Shown: positions 1-13,667 of the stretch, piece after piece
Layout of the letters: each line of letters starts with the position of its first letter
How positions within the stretch are numbered: position 1 is the stretch's first letter
DNA from: the human T2T-CHM13v2.0 reference genome, Homo sapiens
Reading direction: 5' to 3' (one strand)
Assembly: GCF_009914755.1 (NCBI RefSeq)
Contig: NC_060932.1
Length of the DNA stretch: 64,000 nucleotides
The notes under the pieces: generated by a model
What the model was told of the DNA's origin: nothing
The model's input: only the letters and a program-made list of their open reading frames with translations
The model's database searches: none
Translations under genes and position numbers: made by a program

Positions 1-694
1 GGATTGAAACCCATTCTGCTATCTCAGGCTTTATTTATTCAAGTAATAAATCAAGACATCTGTGTCAAAACCAACGTAGCGTAAAATGAACTAAAGATAA
101 GCTTTTCAATCCCATCAATACTGACTCCTAAATACCACATTCTTTTAAAATGGATGTTTCACTGCACATTTAATCTATATATCTGTTAAAATTACTATGT
201 GAGCATTTGTGCATGCTCTTTCTTTGTTCTAGTTTCTTTTATAAAATTCTAAATGACTCACCAAGTAGAATTAATATAAAGACAGAATTATCTAGAATAC
301 TATTTTATGAGAAAAACAACTTTTAGACTTATGACAGACCAGAAGTCAAACAGGCTTGAATAACGAAATGTTTACCTTTAATGAGGTAAGTGACTGCTTC
401 CTGGGGGTTAAGTAGACCAGGGAGTCAATGTTCAACTCGTAATAGGGGACTTTATTTAACTAGAACCATTACAGGACAGACGGCTTGCAATACCGGTCCA
501 AAATTCTGTGGTGGGAATTTGTATTACTGTTCAAAGAAAGCACTGACTCTTTCATACCTGAATGTCTTGCTCCTCATGGAAATCCCAGTTTTCCCTAAGA
601 AAGGTAAGCTCACTCTATATGTAAGTTTCCTGTAGTGAAGTCATTTGACAAAATAATGAATCTTTAGAGATAAGCTGAGATAGAAGAAAATAGC

Positions 695-992
695 TTTTTT
701 TTTTTTTTTTTGAGACAGAGTCTAGCTCTGTCATCCAGGTTGGAGTGCAGTGGTGCAATCTTGGCTCATTACAACCTCCACCTTCTGGGTTCAAGCGATT
801 CTCCTGCCTTAGACTCCCCAGTAGCTGAGATTACAAGCACCCACCACCATGCCTGGCTAATTTTTATATTTCTAGTAGAAATGGGGTTTCACCATGTTGG
901 CAGGCTGAACTCAGACTCCTGACTTCAAATGATTTGCCAGCCTCAGCCTCCCAAAGTGCTGGGATTACAGGCGTAAGCCACCGCGCCTGGCC
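695..992 (-). mobile_element. Alu SINE (AluS-type), full length
   Basis: Poly-T at 695, then antisense Alu body (TGGAGTGCAGTGG...CCCAAAGTGCTGGGATTACAGG...CCTGGCC). Confidence 0.95.
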
Positions 993-3224
993 AAAATAAA
1001 TTGTTTTAATACTTATCTTTCCTTAAAGAGTTTCATTCCCTTTCTGTATTCATAGATGCATAGGTATTATAGAATTTTTGAGGTAGAAAGATTTCCTGGA
1101 GAAAATGAGAGAAGCTAGCTTTGTTCAGGGAGATGTCAGAGGCCACAGAACTAGTTTGTCAGCAAAACCAGAGCTTCTTTGTCATCTTGTGAACTAAACA
1201 AAAACTTTCTACCCAAAAGGTAATGTACTTCATAGATTTACATTTCAGACATTAGTTTGATTTTAAGGAGTAACAGTCCAAGACAGAGAATTCACACTAT
1301 TTTTCCTAGTCTGCTAGACAGGGTCTGCACATGAGAAAATAGACCTCCATTGCATTTCCATTGATTAGGTAAACGAATGATGTCCCAGTGCCTGTCTCCC
1401 TCTCACACAAACCCCCTGGCTGGCTCCTTGCCTGTCATGCTCATTTCCTCGCTGTTTCCTAAACCCTGAACAGTCTTACAAGCTAGTGATCAAAGCTCAA
1501 AAAGTGAATTGGTTTTGAGGACCAACGGTGAGGTAGGAAGGGAGAAAGGAAGACCAAAATAGAGCAGTCAATCTTTTCGCAAATTTAAGGCCATAGATAA
1601 AATTGAGGTCAGTAAAAATGAGGGACATTAAAAAACTTATTTCACTAATTTTCTAAGGCTGCTTATATACCAAAAGTCACTGCCATTTTAAGACACAAAA
1701 TATGTAAAATATGAAGACCTAGCAAAAAAAAATTTAAGATGTGGAAATGTCCCGAAACGATGATAGAGAAAGCTTTTCCCCCCTGTCTTTTGAGTTGGGT
1801 CTGCTTTCCTTATCCTCTTATCTTTAGCCCCAAGTTCAAATCAAATGTGAACAGTTCCCTGGGTTCCCACAGAGGGGCAGCAGCACATGAGGCCCGGGAG
1901 ATGGTTAGGGCAGGCTCTGGTCCCGGCCCATAGAATATTCTCTGATTCACACTGACAGACTCACCACAGAAATGTTAGAGCCGTCCGTTGGCACCACCCT
2001 GAGCTGAGACTCCACGTCCCCAACACCTAGGCCTTCACTGCTTCTAGAAAGCTGGCTGGACTCATTCGTACAAGGTTAGGTCACTAGACCTAAAGTCTTG
2101 AGTGTCTTTCTCCCACCCTCTCCACCAGAGGAATTAGGAGTGCAGTACAGACCACCAGGCCTCAGGAAATGTAGGGTTACTTCCAAGGAAATTTTGCCAG
2201 CTGGAAAGACAGTGAAAGAAGGCAGACAGAGCCCTGGACTGGGGGTAGACAACTTGAGGGCTGGGCCCAAGCTGCTTCATCCTAGTCCCATGGAGTTGCT
2301 TACTATCTGCAAGCATCTGTCCTTTCACGAGTGAAGTGGGGTGATAATAACATACATCCTTGCAGAATTTCGAGATTTTCATAAGAGGAAATAATGCAAC
2401 GGAAGCCATCCAGGTCACAGAACGCTCTGATTATTTTTACTAAAGCCTGGTCATAGAACAAACTAAGAACCAACCAATGAAGATTTGTTCTTCATTCCTT
2501 ATAATACTTGGAAAGATGCAAGCCAAGATTTTTTACTATGGAGCCTGTGATGTTTCATCATTGAGAGAATAAATTCAGCCATTTTGAATCCTGCAAAGAA
2601 GAAAGTTTACTCTTCAGATCCAGGATTTTCCAAATTGACACTAGGACCTCAACTCTACTGTACACGTGTAGGAATGGAGTTTCCTTCCCTGTAACCAACG
2701 TTTCACTTTAATAAACATAACTGAGCACATTTTCCATAAGTTCATCGACTGAAAGCTTCCATTATGGGGGATCGAGGGCATTAGCATCCACAGTGGTCAA
2801 GAAGATATTATATTTTAATCAGCTTTTTGATACTTTGCGACAATTCATATAGCTACATTCTAAAACATGAAAGGATTGAGTAATTCTCACACACTCATCT
2901 TTCAAGTCTAGATAGCACCTTAATCTGTCCAGGGCTGGACACATGGAAAAACTATTGTGCTGCTTTGTTTAACACCCAACCCTGGGCAGGGGTTCCCTGG
3001 TTAGTGATAGCCGTACGGCACCTACAGGATCTAAGGGTGCTAACTTCCCAACTCCTCTCTCCCCATGGCAGAGGGAATCACATTGTCTGACCACCTCTGA
3101 CTCCATGGGTTCCCTGGTCCTACCTGGTGTCTCACTGATTTGGCTTCTCCTCTTTTCTCCCTTAGGACTACTGAGGGCCCCTTTCACTTTAGTCCGCAAA
3201 TCTCCATTGCAATGTGAAGCAGGG

Positions 3225-3325
3225 GACGTCATCAGTGTTTTCATGGTGGAAAAACTGAGCCTCAGAGAGCTCTGGCGGGTTGCTCTCAATAAGGACTTGG
3301 ACTTGGGGCTTCTAACTTTTTAGCC
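3225..3325. mobile_element. MIR fragment
   Basis: MIR core-like 'TTTTCATGGTGGAAAAACTGAGCCTCAGAGAG'. Confidence 0.5.
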
Positions 3326-4559
3326 AGAAATCCTCCAACCTTTAACTTAGACCGAGCAGATGTCGGGGTCCCATTTGCAGCCCTCTGAATTAGGTGGACA
3401 AGGGTGAGATCCACACACTTGGACCAATTCCCAAAGTGCCTCTTCCCAGAGAAATGGCAACAGCTCTGAGGCTTCAGCTTATCCCCCGAAGGCGGGAGGG
3501 GAGAGTGGGAAAAGATGGGGTTTTCAAGTCATCAGGCCAGCACTGAAGTACACAAACAATAACTGTGTGACCCCACATACAGAGATGGGCTCTGATGCAG
3601 GAGTATGTCATTCCTCCTAAATCCCGGTAGGAAATGAGAGATGCAAGAATTAGGATGGAATGTGAACTATTTCTTAAGGAAGCATGCTAGCATCTCTTCC
3701 TCCAAGAGCGCTACTCTGGAGAGCTTTCTCCCCGTTTCTTAACTGTGGCTACGCAGGCCCTTGTTAAAAAGAGAAAAGGGAAGGAAGGGTGCTGTGAGAA
3801 GCCTGCAGGAGAGGGCATGGTGTTTGGATGACGCAGTACCCCCTCTAAGCCCATGGGAGGCCCCTGCCAGATGCTGTGAATTTCATTCATTTCTTCTGTG
3901 ACTTCCCTGAGATTCCTGTCCATGCTAACCCTCAACACTCCAATGACTCCCTCTTCCTTCCGTCTCATCCCACCACCCTCCACACCCTTCCTCACCTCCA
4001 CCCTCATGCTCACACACATGCAAAGGATAGCAAGATGCCCACACTGTGAGAAAAGAAAGCTGAATGCATAATTTTAAGTTTTGTCCACCCAATTTGAGAA
4101 CAGTGCACCTGAGCTGGGTGGAGAGGGTGGGCTGCAGGCACAAGAACAACGGGAAGGCTGGGCCAGAAGTGCGGAGTGTGAGATGCTAACAACAAGGGCA
4201 GGCAAGGCCATGATCAGAGGCAGAGCCCATAGAGCTGGAAACAGGAGCCCACAGAGCTGGAAAAGACCTTGGAGGCCACACAGGGCTGCCTTTCCCTTCC
4301 TGATGGGGAATGGAGGCTCCTGTCCCAGGCTGCACATCCATTTGGTGGTGGTCTAGGTGTGTTGGGGAGATGGAAGGTACATGAGAGCCCTAGAAAGTCA
4401 GGTGTTCATGGATGACAGTAGGGTGTGGCTGAGTTCCAAGGCTGTGCTCCGGTTCTGGAAACCTCCACAGCTCCCTGGAGCCTCCCCCATTGTTCCCAAT
4501 GCCCATTCTGGAGAACAAGCTTTGCTTTTGCCCTTGTGTTTCTGCAAGGGTGGGGAGGA

Positions 4560-4690
4560 TGTTTGCCCAGTCACATCTCCATCCCCTCATCTGAAACTGG
4601 AGCTGTGGAGCTCTATTTCTCAAAGTGGTTAAGATGAGTAAGGGGATGTGAGAAAATGCCTAGCACATCACAGGACCCAATAAATGTCTG
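4560..4690. mobile_element. MIR fragment
   Basis: 'CCCCTCATCTGAAACTGG...GCCTAGCACATCACAGG...CAATAAATG' resembles the MIR 3' half. Confidence 0.5.
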
Positions 4691-5009
4691 GGTACCTCCT
4701 TTGTCCTTCCTTCTGGTGTTCCCCTATAAAGTATGCCTGACTTTTCTTTTCCCATCTTTGGCAGAAATCTTGGGAAATAGTCAATCCTTGCCTTCTTCCA
4801 AACAAAATGTTTCTGGTGGCCTGGAAGGTGGCAGAGGACAGAGCAAATGCCAGGCCTGGGAAGGCTGCAGCTCGTGGGTACCTCTGCTGTTGAGGTGTGG
4901 CCCATCTAAGCAGAGGAGAGAACCAACGCCAGAAATTGGAGGCCAGGGTGGCACGTCTGTCCCCTGGCTCCCTTTCTTCTGCTGGGATTCAGGACATGCG
5001 AGTTCTTAC

Positions 5010-5860
5010 CTTGAGAGGCAGAGTGGCAGGCGGGGCTGGGCAGCCCTTGCTGGTGTGCACAGCTGGACAGTACCTGTAGAGCCATGCCCTTGTCGCCTGC
5101 GCTGTGGTACCTGTGGCCTCCTTACAGCTCCTGGGGAGTATTTGGCAGGTCTCGGCGCCTCTCCTCAGCACAGTCCTTTCCGCTCCATCTGCAGCGTGGA
5201 CCAGGACAGCCCTTGGAGGGGAGCATCCCAAGGCATCCCTGCATCGGGGGTCCATGCCCCACAGATCCTGGGTGGCAGAAGTGACTGGCCAGTGCTTCCA
5301 GCCCATGGAGGGACTGCTGCTTTCATCACTCATGATGGGAGCTGGGCTAGGAAGCCTCCATGCCAGGGGCTGTAGCCAGCCCAGTGTCTTGGAGGCAGGG
5401 GCCTGGCAATGCCTGTGATGTGGGGATCTGCAATCACCACCCCTGCTTACGTCCGGATCCTGGGATTTTTTCCTCCCTTCCTTCTTTTCCTTTGGAGCAG
5501 AGCAAGTGAAAGCAGCTGATTCCTCCGTCTCAGGGCCTGCCTTCTGCAGCAGCCTCAAAGGAGGGGCAGCTGAGCCCTGTGTGCGCCTGAGGTCCCAGCC
5601 TGCCAAGAGGCCTGTCCTGGGACTTGGGAAACTGTGTCCCTCCTCCAGGCCCCCTGGGGTTGCCGCTGGAGACGGGGCGGGGAGAGTGCAGGCTGGAGGA
5701 GCCCGCAGCTGGATGAAGAGGAAGGAAGTTTTCATCTGCTGCTGCTGAAACTGCCCGGCCATTTCCTCCAGGGGGGTCGGGCTGGTCCCTGCCAGGGTGG
5801 AGTTTCAGGCCTCAGTGCCCAGGGATGCGAACAGCAGCAGCTGTGGGCAGACGTGACTCA
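5010..5860 (-). other. Candidate first exon of an unidentified minus-strand transcript (lncRNA or alternative first exon)
   Basis: Non-repetitive GC-rich block ending in a strong donor AAG|GTAAGA (exon ends 5010, intron starts 5009). Strong-Kozak ATG at 5085 (GGC ATG G), and one frame open from 5762 to the donor. The 5' end is not determinable from sequence. Confidence 0.5.
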
Positions 5861-5935
5861 GCCCCATGGTTCCACCGACAGCCTGAGGAAGCAAACAACA
5901 TGTCTTCAGCACCCAGGGGAGTCTTAAAATAGGGG
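5500..5935. promoter_or_regulatory. Promoter/enhancer-like motif cluster
   Basis: GC box GGGGCGGGG 5674-5682; CAGCTG E-boxes at 5513, 5567, 5706, 5838; ETS GGAA(G) motifs ~5720-5770 and ~5887; AP-1/ARE GTGACTCAGC 5853-5862; MEF2-like CTTAAAATAG 5923-5932. Confidence 0.55.
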
Positions 5936-6039
5936 GGTCAGATAATGATTTTGGCCATGGAGCTGGACTTTGCACTTATATCACAGAATCACAAAAAGAT
6001 ATTAGTGGAGAATAATCTACAAGTGAGGGGTGACAGTGA

Positions 6040-6371
<332 letters not shown>

Positions 6372-6727
6372 CCCTCTCACCTTTGTGTATCCACATGGAA
6401 TCACTTTTTCTTCACTGCCCCCTTCCTCCTATTTGAAATGAAAACACTATTCATTTCATAATTTAATCCTAAATTCTGTGTTAGCGGTTCTTGTTACTTG
6501 GTGACTGACCTGTGAGACACTGGTTTATAAATGAAGCCTCCAATAAGCTTTGAAGTGTACTTTTCATCTACTTTGTCTGCATTATTTTTACTAAATACTT
6601 TTAAGACCTCTAGGATAAAGTGCGCAACAAACAGTTGTAAGCAACTTTAATGTTTTCATGAGTTTGCACTTTAAATCTGTGGTCATTTATGGGTTCTGTA
6701 GGAGAGGTCCCACATCAAAATACTTGG

Positions 6728-7070
6728 TGTCATGGTTTGTGTCTCCTCCAAAATTCTGGTGCTGCCAATGTGATAGTATTAACAGGTGGGACCTTTCAGA
6801 GGCAATTGGATCCTGAAGGTGCCTTCCTTCATGAATGGGATTAAGACCCTTATAAAAGAAGTTTCACACAGCTGTTGAGCAGTAGGTTGCCCTTCTGCCT
6901 TCCACCCAATGAGGACACAGTATTCCTCCCCTCCAGAGGACAAAGTCCTCACCAGACGAGGCACCAGGTGCCTTGATCTTGGACTTCCCAGTCCCCAGAA
7001 CTGTGAGAAACCAAATTTCACTTCTTTATAAATTACCCAGTCTATGGTATTTTCTTAGAGCAGCATGAAA
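6728..7070 (+). mobile_element. ERVL-MaLR solo LTR (MST/MLT1A-type)
   Basis: TG start; MaLR motifs 'TTCATGAATGGGATTAAG', 'CCTTGATCTTGGACTTCCCAG..CCAGAACTGTGAGAAA', 'TTTATAAATTACCCAGTCT'. Confidence 0.85.
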
Positions 7071-7144
7071 GAAATTTGGTATTACCCCACAAAATGAAAA
7101 GAAAGTGGTATATTGTTGCAGCTGTGCAGAAGACACTTAGCATC

Positions 7145-7388
7145 AAAGAAAGTAAGAGAGAGAAAAGAAAGAAAGAAGGAAGGAGGGAAGGAAGGAAGGA
7201 AGGAGGGAGGGAGGGAAGGAAGAAGGAAGTAAGGGAAAAAGAAAAAGAGAGGAAGGAAGGAAGGAAGAAAAAGAAAGAAAGAGAGAGAAAGAAAGAAGGA
7301 AAGAAAGGAAGAAAAAGAAAGAAAAAACTAAGAAAAAAGAAAAACATGAAAGAAGAGAGAAAGAAGAAATAAGATTAAAAAAAAAAAT
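7145..7388 (+). repeat. GA-rich purine tract ((GGAA)n/(GAAA)n)
   Basis: Visible directly. It explains the K/E/R- and F/S/L-rich pseudo-ORFs here. Confidence 0.95.
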
Positions 7389-9077
7389 CCAGGTAACAAA
7401 TCAGGCTGGAAGGGCTTTTTGTTGTTGTTGTTTTTGTTGTTTTGAAAAATAATTTAGCCCATCTTAATTAGAGGAAAGAAAAAAATAATCTAATCTTTTA
7501 ACTTGTGAGAACATGGCAGTGCTTTTTAAAAATGGAGATCATTTCTTTTTAGCAAATTGTAATAGGCAATTGAAAAGTATAATAAATAAAAAATGAGACA
7601 AAAGGAAGAAGAAAAGAAATCACCTTAAAATTCAGTTGACTCACTCACATTCAGAGTATTTCTATAGGCTCAGTACCTCTTAGAGGGAAAGGAATCTTTT
7701 TGAGTCATGCTGACCCTGTACCTGAGGAGGAAAGAAGGCAGGTGTGAGAAAGCTCTAGTCTTCGTCAATGTGAAATAACTTGACTAAAAGGGAACCAGGA
7801 AATCATCCTCCAAAACAAAGTGAGCATGTGGTCTAGAACTTCCTTGCTCTGCATGCAGCATCATGTGAAGCCTGGGTGAATTCTCCCTCCCTGACTCCTC
7901 AGTATCCCCGCACACGGGCAGCACCCCTGAGGCATCAGGGGCCACTGGCCTTGGCTGACCGTGGCTGACCAGGCTGAATCCTTGGAAATTCTCAGGATGC
8001 CAGGATGCCCAGTTGGAGTCTTATGATAGTTTTCCTTGTTAAACGTCTTCATACTTTAAAAGTTTTTTCACCAAAGGTCAAGGAGGTTTTGCCCACATTT
8101 CCAATAGCTGGCAAGTGACTCAATCTACATCTCATTTAGAAATGTGCTCAAATCTGTTTAGGCCAGGCACCGGCTGCTATAATCCTTTTTATCACATCTA
8201 CAAAGAAAATTTTGACAAAACCATATTATGTCTAACTGTAATTGTATGTTGATCTCATTACATTAATGTTCATAAAACATTTTACATAAGTGATGACTAG
8301 TCCTCTATAGGTAATTTTCACACTCTTCTATACAAGAACTTGTCTGAACATTGTAATCGCTCAACAAACAGTACTGCGTGTTGACTGATTAACTGCCAGT
8401 AACATGGGAAACTATGTCTTCATAGGGAACAGGAATTTGGGTGAGAAGAAACCTTCTGAAGGTACCAAGCATGACATCAGGGGCTTTGCATAGTGTATTT
8501 CATTCAAGGCACAGCACAATCCTGTGAAGTAGGTGGCATCATTTCTATGTTGCAGTTAAGGAATGTGAAGCTCAGGGAAGGCACAACTGCCCCAAGTAGG
8601 CAGGGGCTTTAAAAAGCTGTCGGATGAGAAGTTTCACTCCTTCACCTCTTTCCATTTCAAACATCCAACTTCTAAACCACATGAAGTAAAGTACCAAGGA
8701 AACCATGGTGGTGCTGGTAGCGTGTCCAGGGCACTTCTGTCTTCTTTTTATTTGCAAGCTCACCACAGTGGGGATTACTGCCCAATATTTCATTTCTGGG
8801 TTGTGTGGGCTGAAATAGGAGAAGGGTAAATAAATGGTGGATGACACTTGAGAGCTGACAGGAGGGCTGACTTGGAGGATTCATGTAACGCATTTCCTTG
8901 GGACACCCTTAAGTATTAGGAGGCGCATTTAGGGGGTGGGAGCTCTGTGTGAGATGTGGGGGAAAGTGCCAGAGAAACATGAGTAAACAGCAGAGTGATT
9001 TGAGAGCACAGACTTTGGTGCCACACAGACATTTCTTAGCCCTGCTTCCACTGTGTGGCTGTGTGACCTTAGGCAAG

Positions 9078-9447
9078 TGTATTAGTCTGGTCTCACGCTG
9101 CTGATAAAGACATACTAGAGACTGAGTAATTTATAAAGGAAAGAGGTTTAATTGACTCACAGTTCTGGAGGGCTGGGGAGGCCTCATGAAACTTACAATC
9201 ATGGCAGAAGGGGAAGCAAACATGTCCTTCACATGGTGGCAGCAAGGAGAAGTGTAGAGCAAAGAAGGGAAAAGCCTCTTATAAAACCATCAGATCTTGT
9301 GAGAACTCAATATCACGAGAACAGCATGGAGGTAACCACCCCCATGATTCCGTCACTTCCCATTGGATCCCTCCTGTGACACATGGGGGATTATGGGAAC
9401 TACAGTTCAAGATGAGATTTGGGTGGGGACATAGTCAAACCATATCA
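9078..9447 (-). mobile_element. THE1 solo LTR (THE1B/C-like)
   Basis: TGTATTAGTC...GAGATTTGGGTGGGGACA..AAACCATATCA, matching the THE1 LTR in reverse. Confidence 0.92.
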
Positions 9448-9512
9448 ATAATTTACTTGGCCTTTTTGACAATCAGGTCCTCTTCTCTAAGATGAAGTAA
9501 CAATAGCTACTT

Positions 9513-9935
9513 CCTTTTTAATAATAGCTATTCTGACACATGTGAGATGGTATCTTATTGTGGTTTTGATTTGCGTTTCTCTAATGATCAGTGATGTTGA
9601 GCTTTTTTCGTATAGTTGTTGGCCACATGTGTGTCTTCTTTTGAAAAGTGTTCATATACTAACACAAGAACAGAAAACCAATTACTGCATGTTCTCACTC
9701 ATAAGTAGAAGCTAAGTGATGAGAACACATGGGCACATAGAGGGGAACAACACACACTGGGGCCTATTGGAGAGTGGAGAGTGGGAGGAGGGAGAGGATC
9801 AGGAAAAATAACTATTGGGTATAGGCTTAATACTGGGTGACAAAATAATCTGTACAACAAACCCCCAGGACACAAGTTTACCTATATAACAAACCTGCAC
9901 GTGTACTCCTGAACTTAAAATAAAAGTTAAAAAAA
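9513..9935 (+). mobile_element. Older L1PA 3' end with 5' inversion
   Basis: 9513-~9655 is antisense L1 ORF2-end sequence. ~9656-9935 is sense L1 3'UTR with AATAAA and poly-A. TSD AATAGCTACTT at 9502-9512 and 9936-9946. Confidence 0.9.
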
Positions 9936-10748
9936 AATAGCTACTTTCAAGGGCTGTTGTGAAGATTAAGTGCAGGTGCAAAAGGCTTCCTTAGCATATT
10001 GCCTGCTACCTAATCGGTTCTGTAAAATAAATGTTAGTTACTTTTAGAATTTAGATCCACATGTTATCCTGGAGAAAACTTGTTCACCCAACAGAACAAT
10101 TTGAGTTGTTTCATGAAATGTATAATTTTTTTAACCTGCAACGGGTAATTACATGCATGTTTTCATGCTTCCTGTCTGATGGGAAAGCACCTAAGGGCTG
10201 AGGAATTAATTGGGATGTAGGAGGGTCAGCAAGGGAGTTGGGGTCGGGGAAGTGGGTCTGAGTTCTGGAGTAACTAATCTTTAGCTGTGACTCACAACAA
10301 ATTTGAACCTCAGTGGACATTATTTTAACACAATGGAGTAAATTTCTGCCCTTCCTACCTTATGGAATTGTTTTGCAGGTCAAATGGGATAATCTATGTA
10401 GGAATACTTTGTAAACATAAAACTGATATAAGGTCACACACCACATGACATTTCGGCTAGTGATGGGTGGTCCCATAAGATTAAAATGGAGCTGAAAAAT
10501 TCCTGTCATCTAGTGATGTGGTCACTGTCGTAATGTCATAGCACAGTGCATCACCGATGATGCTGGTGTAAACAAACCACTATGCTGTCAGGCACATACA
10601 ATTGTATGCAATTATGTATATTACGTAATACTTGATAATACGTACTATAGTATGTAACACTTGATCATAAACAACTATGTTACTGGTTTATGTATTTACT
10701 TTTTTATCATGATTTTAGAGTGTACTCCTTCTACCTATAAAAAAAGTT

Positions 10749-11025
<277 letters not shown>

Positions 11026-11616
11026 GTTAACTGTAAAACAGCCTCAGGCAGGTCCTTCAGGAGGTATTCCACAAGAAGACATTGCTGTCCTAGGAGAGGA
11101 CTGCTCCATGCTTGTTTTTAGCCCTGAAGACCTTCCAGTGGGACAGGATTTGGAGGGGGGATACAGTGATAGTGATGATCCTGACCCCTGTCTAGGCAGT
11201 TGTATGTATTTGTGCCCTTGTCTTTGACAAAAAAGTTTAAAAAGTAAGAAAAAAATGTTAACAGAAAAAAGCTTTATTATAGAATAAGGATATAAAGAAA
11301 GAAAATATTTTTCTACAGCTGGAAACTGTGTTTTAAGCTAAGTGCTACTACAAAAGAGACAAAAGGTTAAAAGAATAAAAGAGTTTATAAAGTAAACCTG
11401 TTACAGTAAGCTAAGGTTAATTTATTATTGAAGAAGGAAAAATATTTTAAAAATAAATTTGTTGGAGCATAAGCGAACTATGTTGATAAAGCCTACAGTA
11501 GTGTACAGTAACGTCCTAGGCCTTCACAGTCACTCACCACTCACTCACTCACTCACCCAGGGCAACCTCCTGTCCTTTAAGCTCCATTCATGGTAAGTGC
11601 CCTATATAGTTGGACC

Positions 11617-11938
<322 letters not shown>

Positions 11939-13667
11939 AGGTGGACCATATTTTATCTTTTGTACTGTATGTTTACTATACTTTTTCCACGTTTAGATAT
12001 GCTTAGATACACAAATGCTGATCATTGTATTATCATGCCAACAGTATTCAGTAGAGCAATATGGTGCACAGGTTTGTACTCTGGGAGCAGTAAGCTAGAC
12101 CAGAAAGCCTAGGTGTAGGCTATACCACTGAGGTGTCCAAAAGTGCACTCTGTGATGTTCGACAATGACAAAATTATCTGAGGATGCATTTCTCAGAACC
12201 TATTCCTGTTATGAAGCAACACATGACTGTGTATGTTAGATCCTTGAATTGTGATGAATATTGTTATAATAATATTATTATTACTAACAGTAATTCTAAA
12301 CTAATCATCGTTTGTGATTCCTCTGAAGTCTCAAGGTTTCTTGCTCTGAAATAATGCTAAGTTGAGGCCCTATTTTTTTGCTAGCACCACAGACCTTCAA
12401 GATTCATAAACTATGAATGCAAACAACAGATCATTAAAAGTATACTTTATTTGTGCTAGTGATTTCTTCTCATCACTTCAACAGAGAAAAAGAACATTCT
12501 AGAATCCTAACAATGGTGACAAGGGGTGTGGACACAGCGTTGTTAGGAGGGGGAGACACCAGAGCACCAACTTCTCTCACTTAAACCTTATGACAACCTT
12601 AAGAAGTAGGCAGCATGATCCCCTTCTTGGAAATGCAGAAAGAGAGAATGGGGGAGATTGAGAGGCTTGCAGAATGTGACATCATTAGGGAGAACAGTGG
12701 TTGAGGTGGGTATACAGGTCTGGCTCTTTCCTCTCCTCTCTATGACCAGTGAACTTAATGTAACCAGCATGTCCAGCCTGACTGTACTTCCTGGCCTCAA
12801 AGCCCAGGTTCCCAAGAAAGATCCACCCATCCCACATGAGCAACCTTTGCTCATCAGGGAGCTTTACCATCTCTAATGTTGTTTCCCTAATGTTTTTAAG
12901 AACTCATGTGATTCAAGATTGTATAAAAACGGTACTTTATCAAGACCATTGATTGAAGTGAAGAAAAACAGTGATCTCAAAGGAATGATAATTCCAGAGA
13001 ACAAGTGTTAGAGGCTTAAGACCCAGGAAATCCCAAGGATTCCTGGAAATATTCCATTCAGAGTTTTAGATCAAAGGAGGCACAACCTGCCTCCCAATTC
13101 TCATTCATTCTCTCATATGGTGGAGTCCACCACTGTCTGTCCTTGGCATTTATTTGCAGAGCTCTTTGGAGTCACTGTGCCCAATTTGGTTGTGACCTGG
13201 TGGGCATTCACAGCTGATAGGAAGAAAAAAATGTGGTAATCTTAGCCATTTCCTGCTGTAAGAATTGTGTTTGGAAAATGACCTGCATTCTTAAGTCAAG
13301 AAAAAGTGAGACACAAGGTACAGCTGGAATGGGACACAGGACTGAGGGAGAGTCTGGCGGAACTGAAACCTGAATAGCTAGGAAGGTATGAGCGTGTTAA
13401 GGGAGTGTGTGTCAAGGGCATAGATGAGGTGACTGAGCTGAGAGATGACCTAGGAGAATCAGAGCAATGGTAAGAACTAGCACTGACCATCCCTACTCAT
13501 GCTTTAACAAATAAAGCTTCAAGATGTTCTAGGATATTCTATCTGCTGGTTAGAAATACATCTTCAGAGTCAGAGCTTTAGTTTTTTCCACTATTATAAG
13601 GAAATTTCTGTCCATGTGAGCTTCATGTAATATTGGTATTGACAATGATGATGATGATTATAGCTAC

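Larger units (their letters stand above)
9000..10040 (+). mobile_element. MIR interrupted by a THE1 LTR and an L1PA insertion
   Basis: MIR pieces 'AGAGCACAGACTTTGG...CTGTGTGACCTTAGGCAAG' | 'TTACTT...AAGATGAAGTAACAATAG' | 'GGGCTGTTGTGAAGATTAAGTG' are collinear once the inserts are removed. Confidence 0.7.

Noticed and set aside
4656-5375. 239-aa plus-strand ORF overlapping the candidate exon
   Set aside because: Starts in a MIR-like fragment, has no recognisable domain, and is expected in GC-rich DNA opposite another open frame.
4989-5762. Assigning a gene symbol or a CDS call to the 257-aa minus ORF
   Set aside because: No recognisable homology. Candidate loci I considered from memory lacked their expected neighbouring exons in this window, so no symbol is given.
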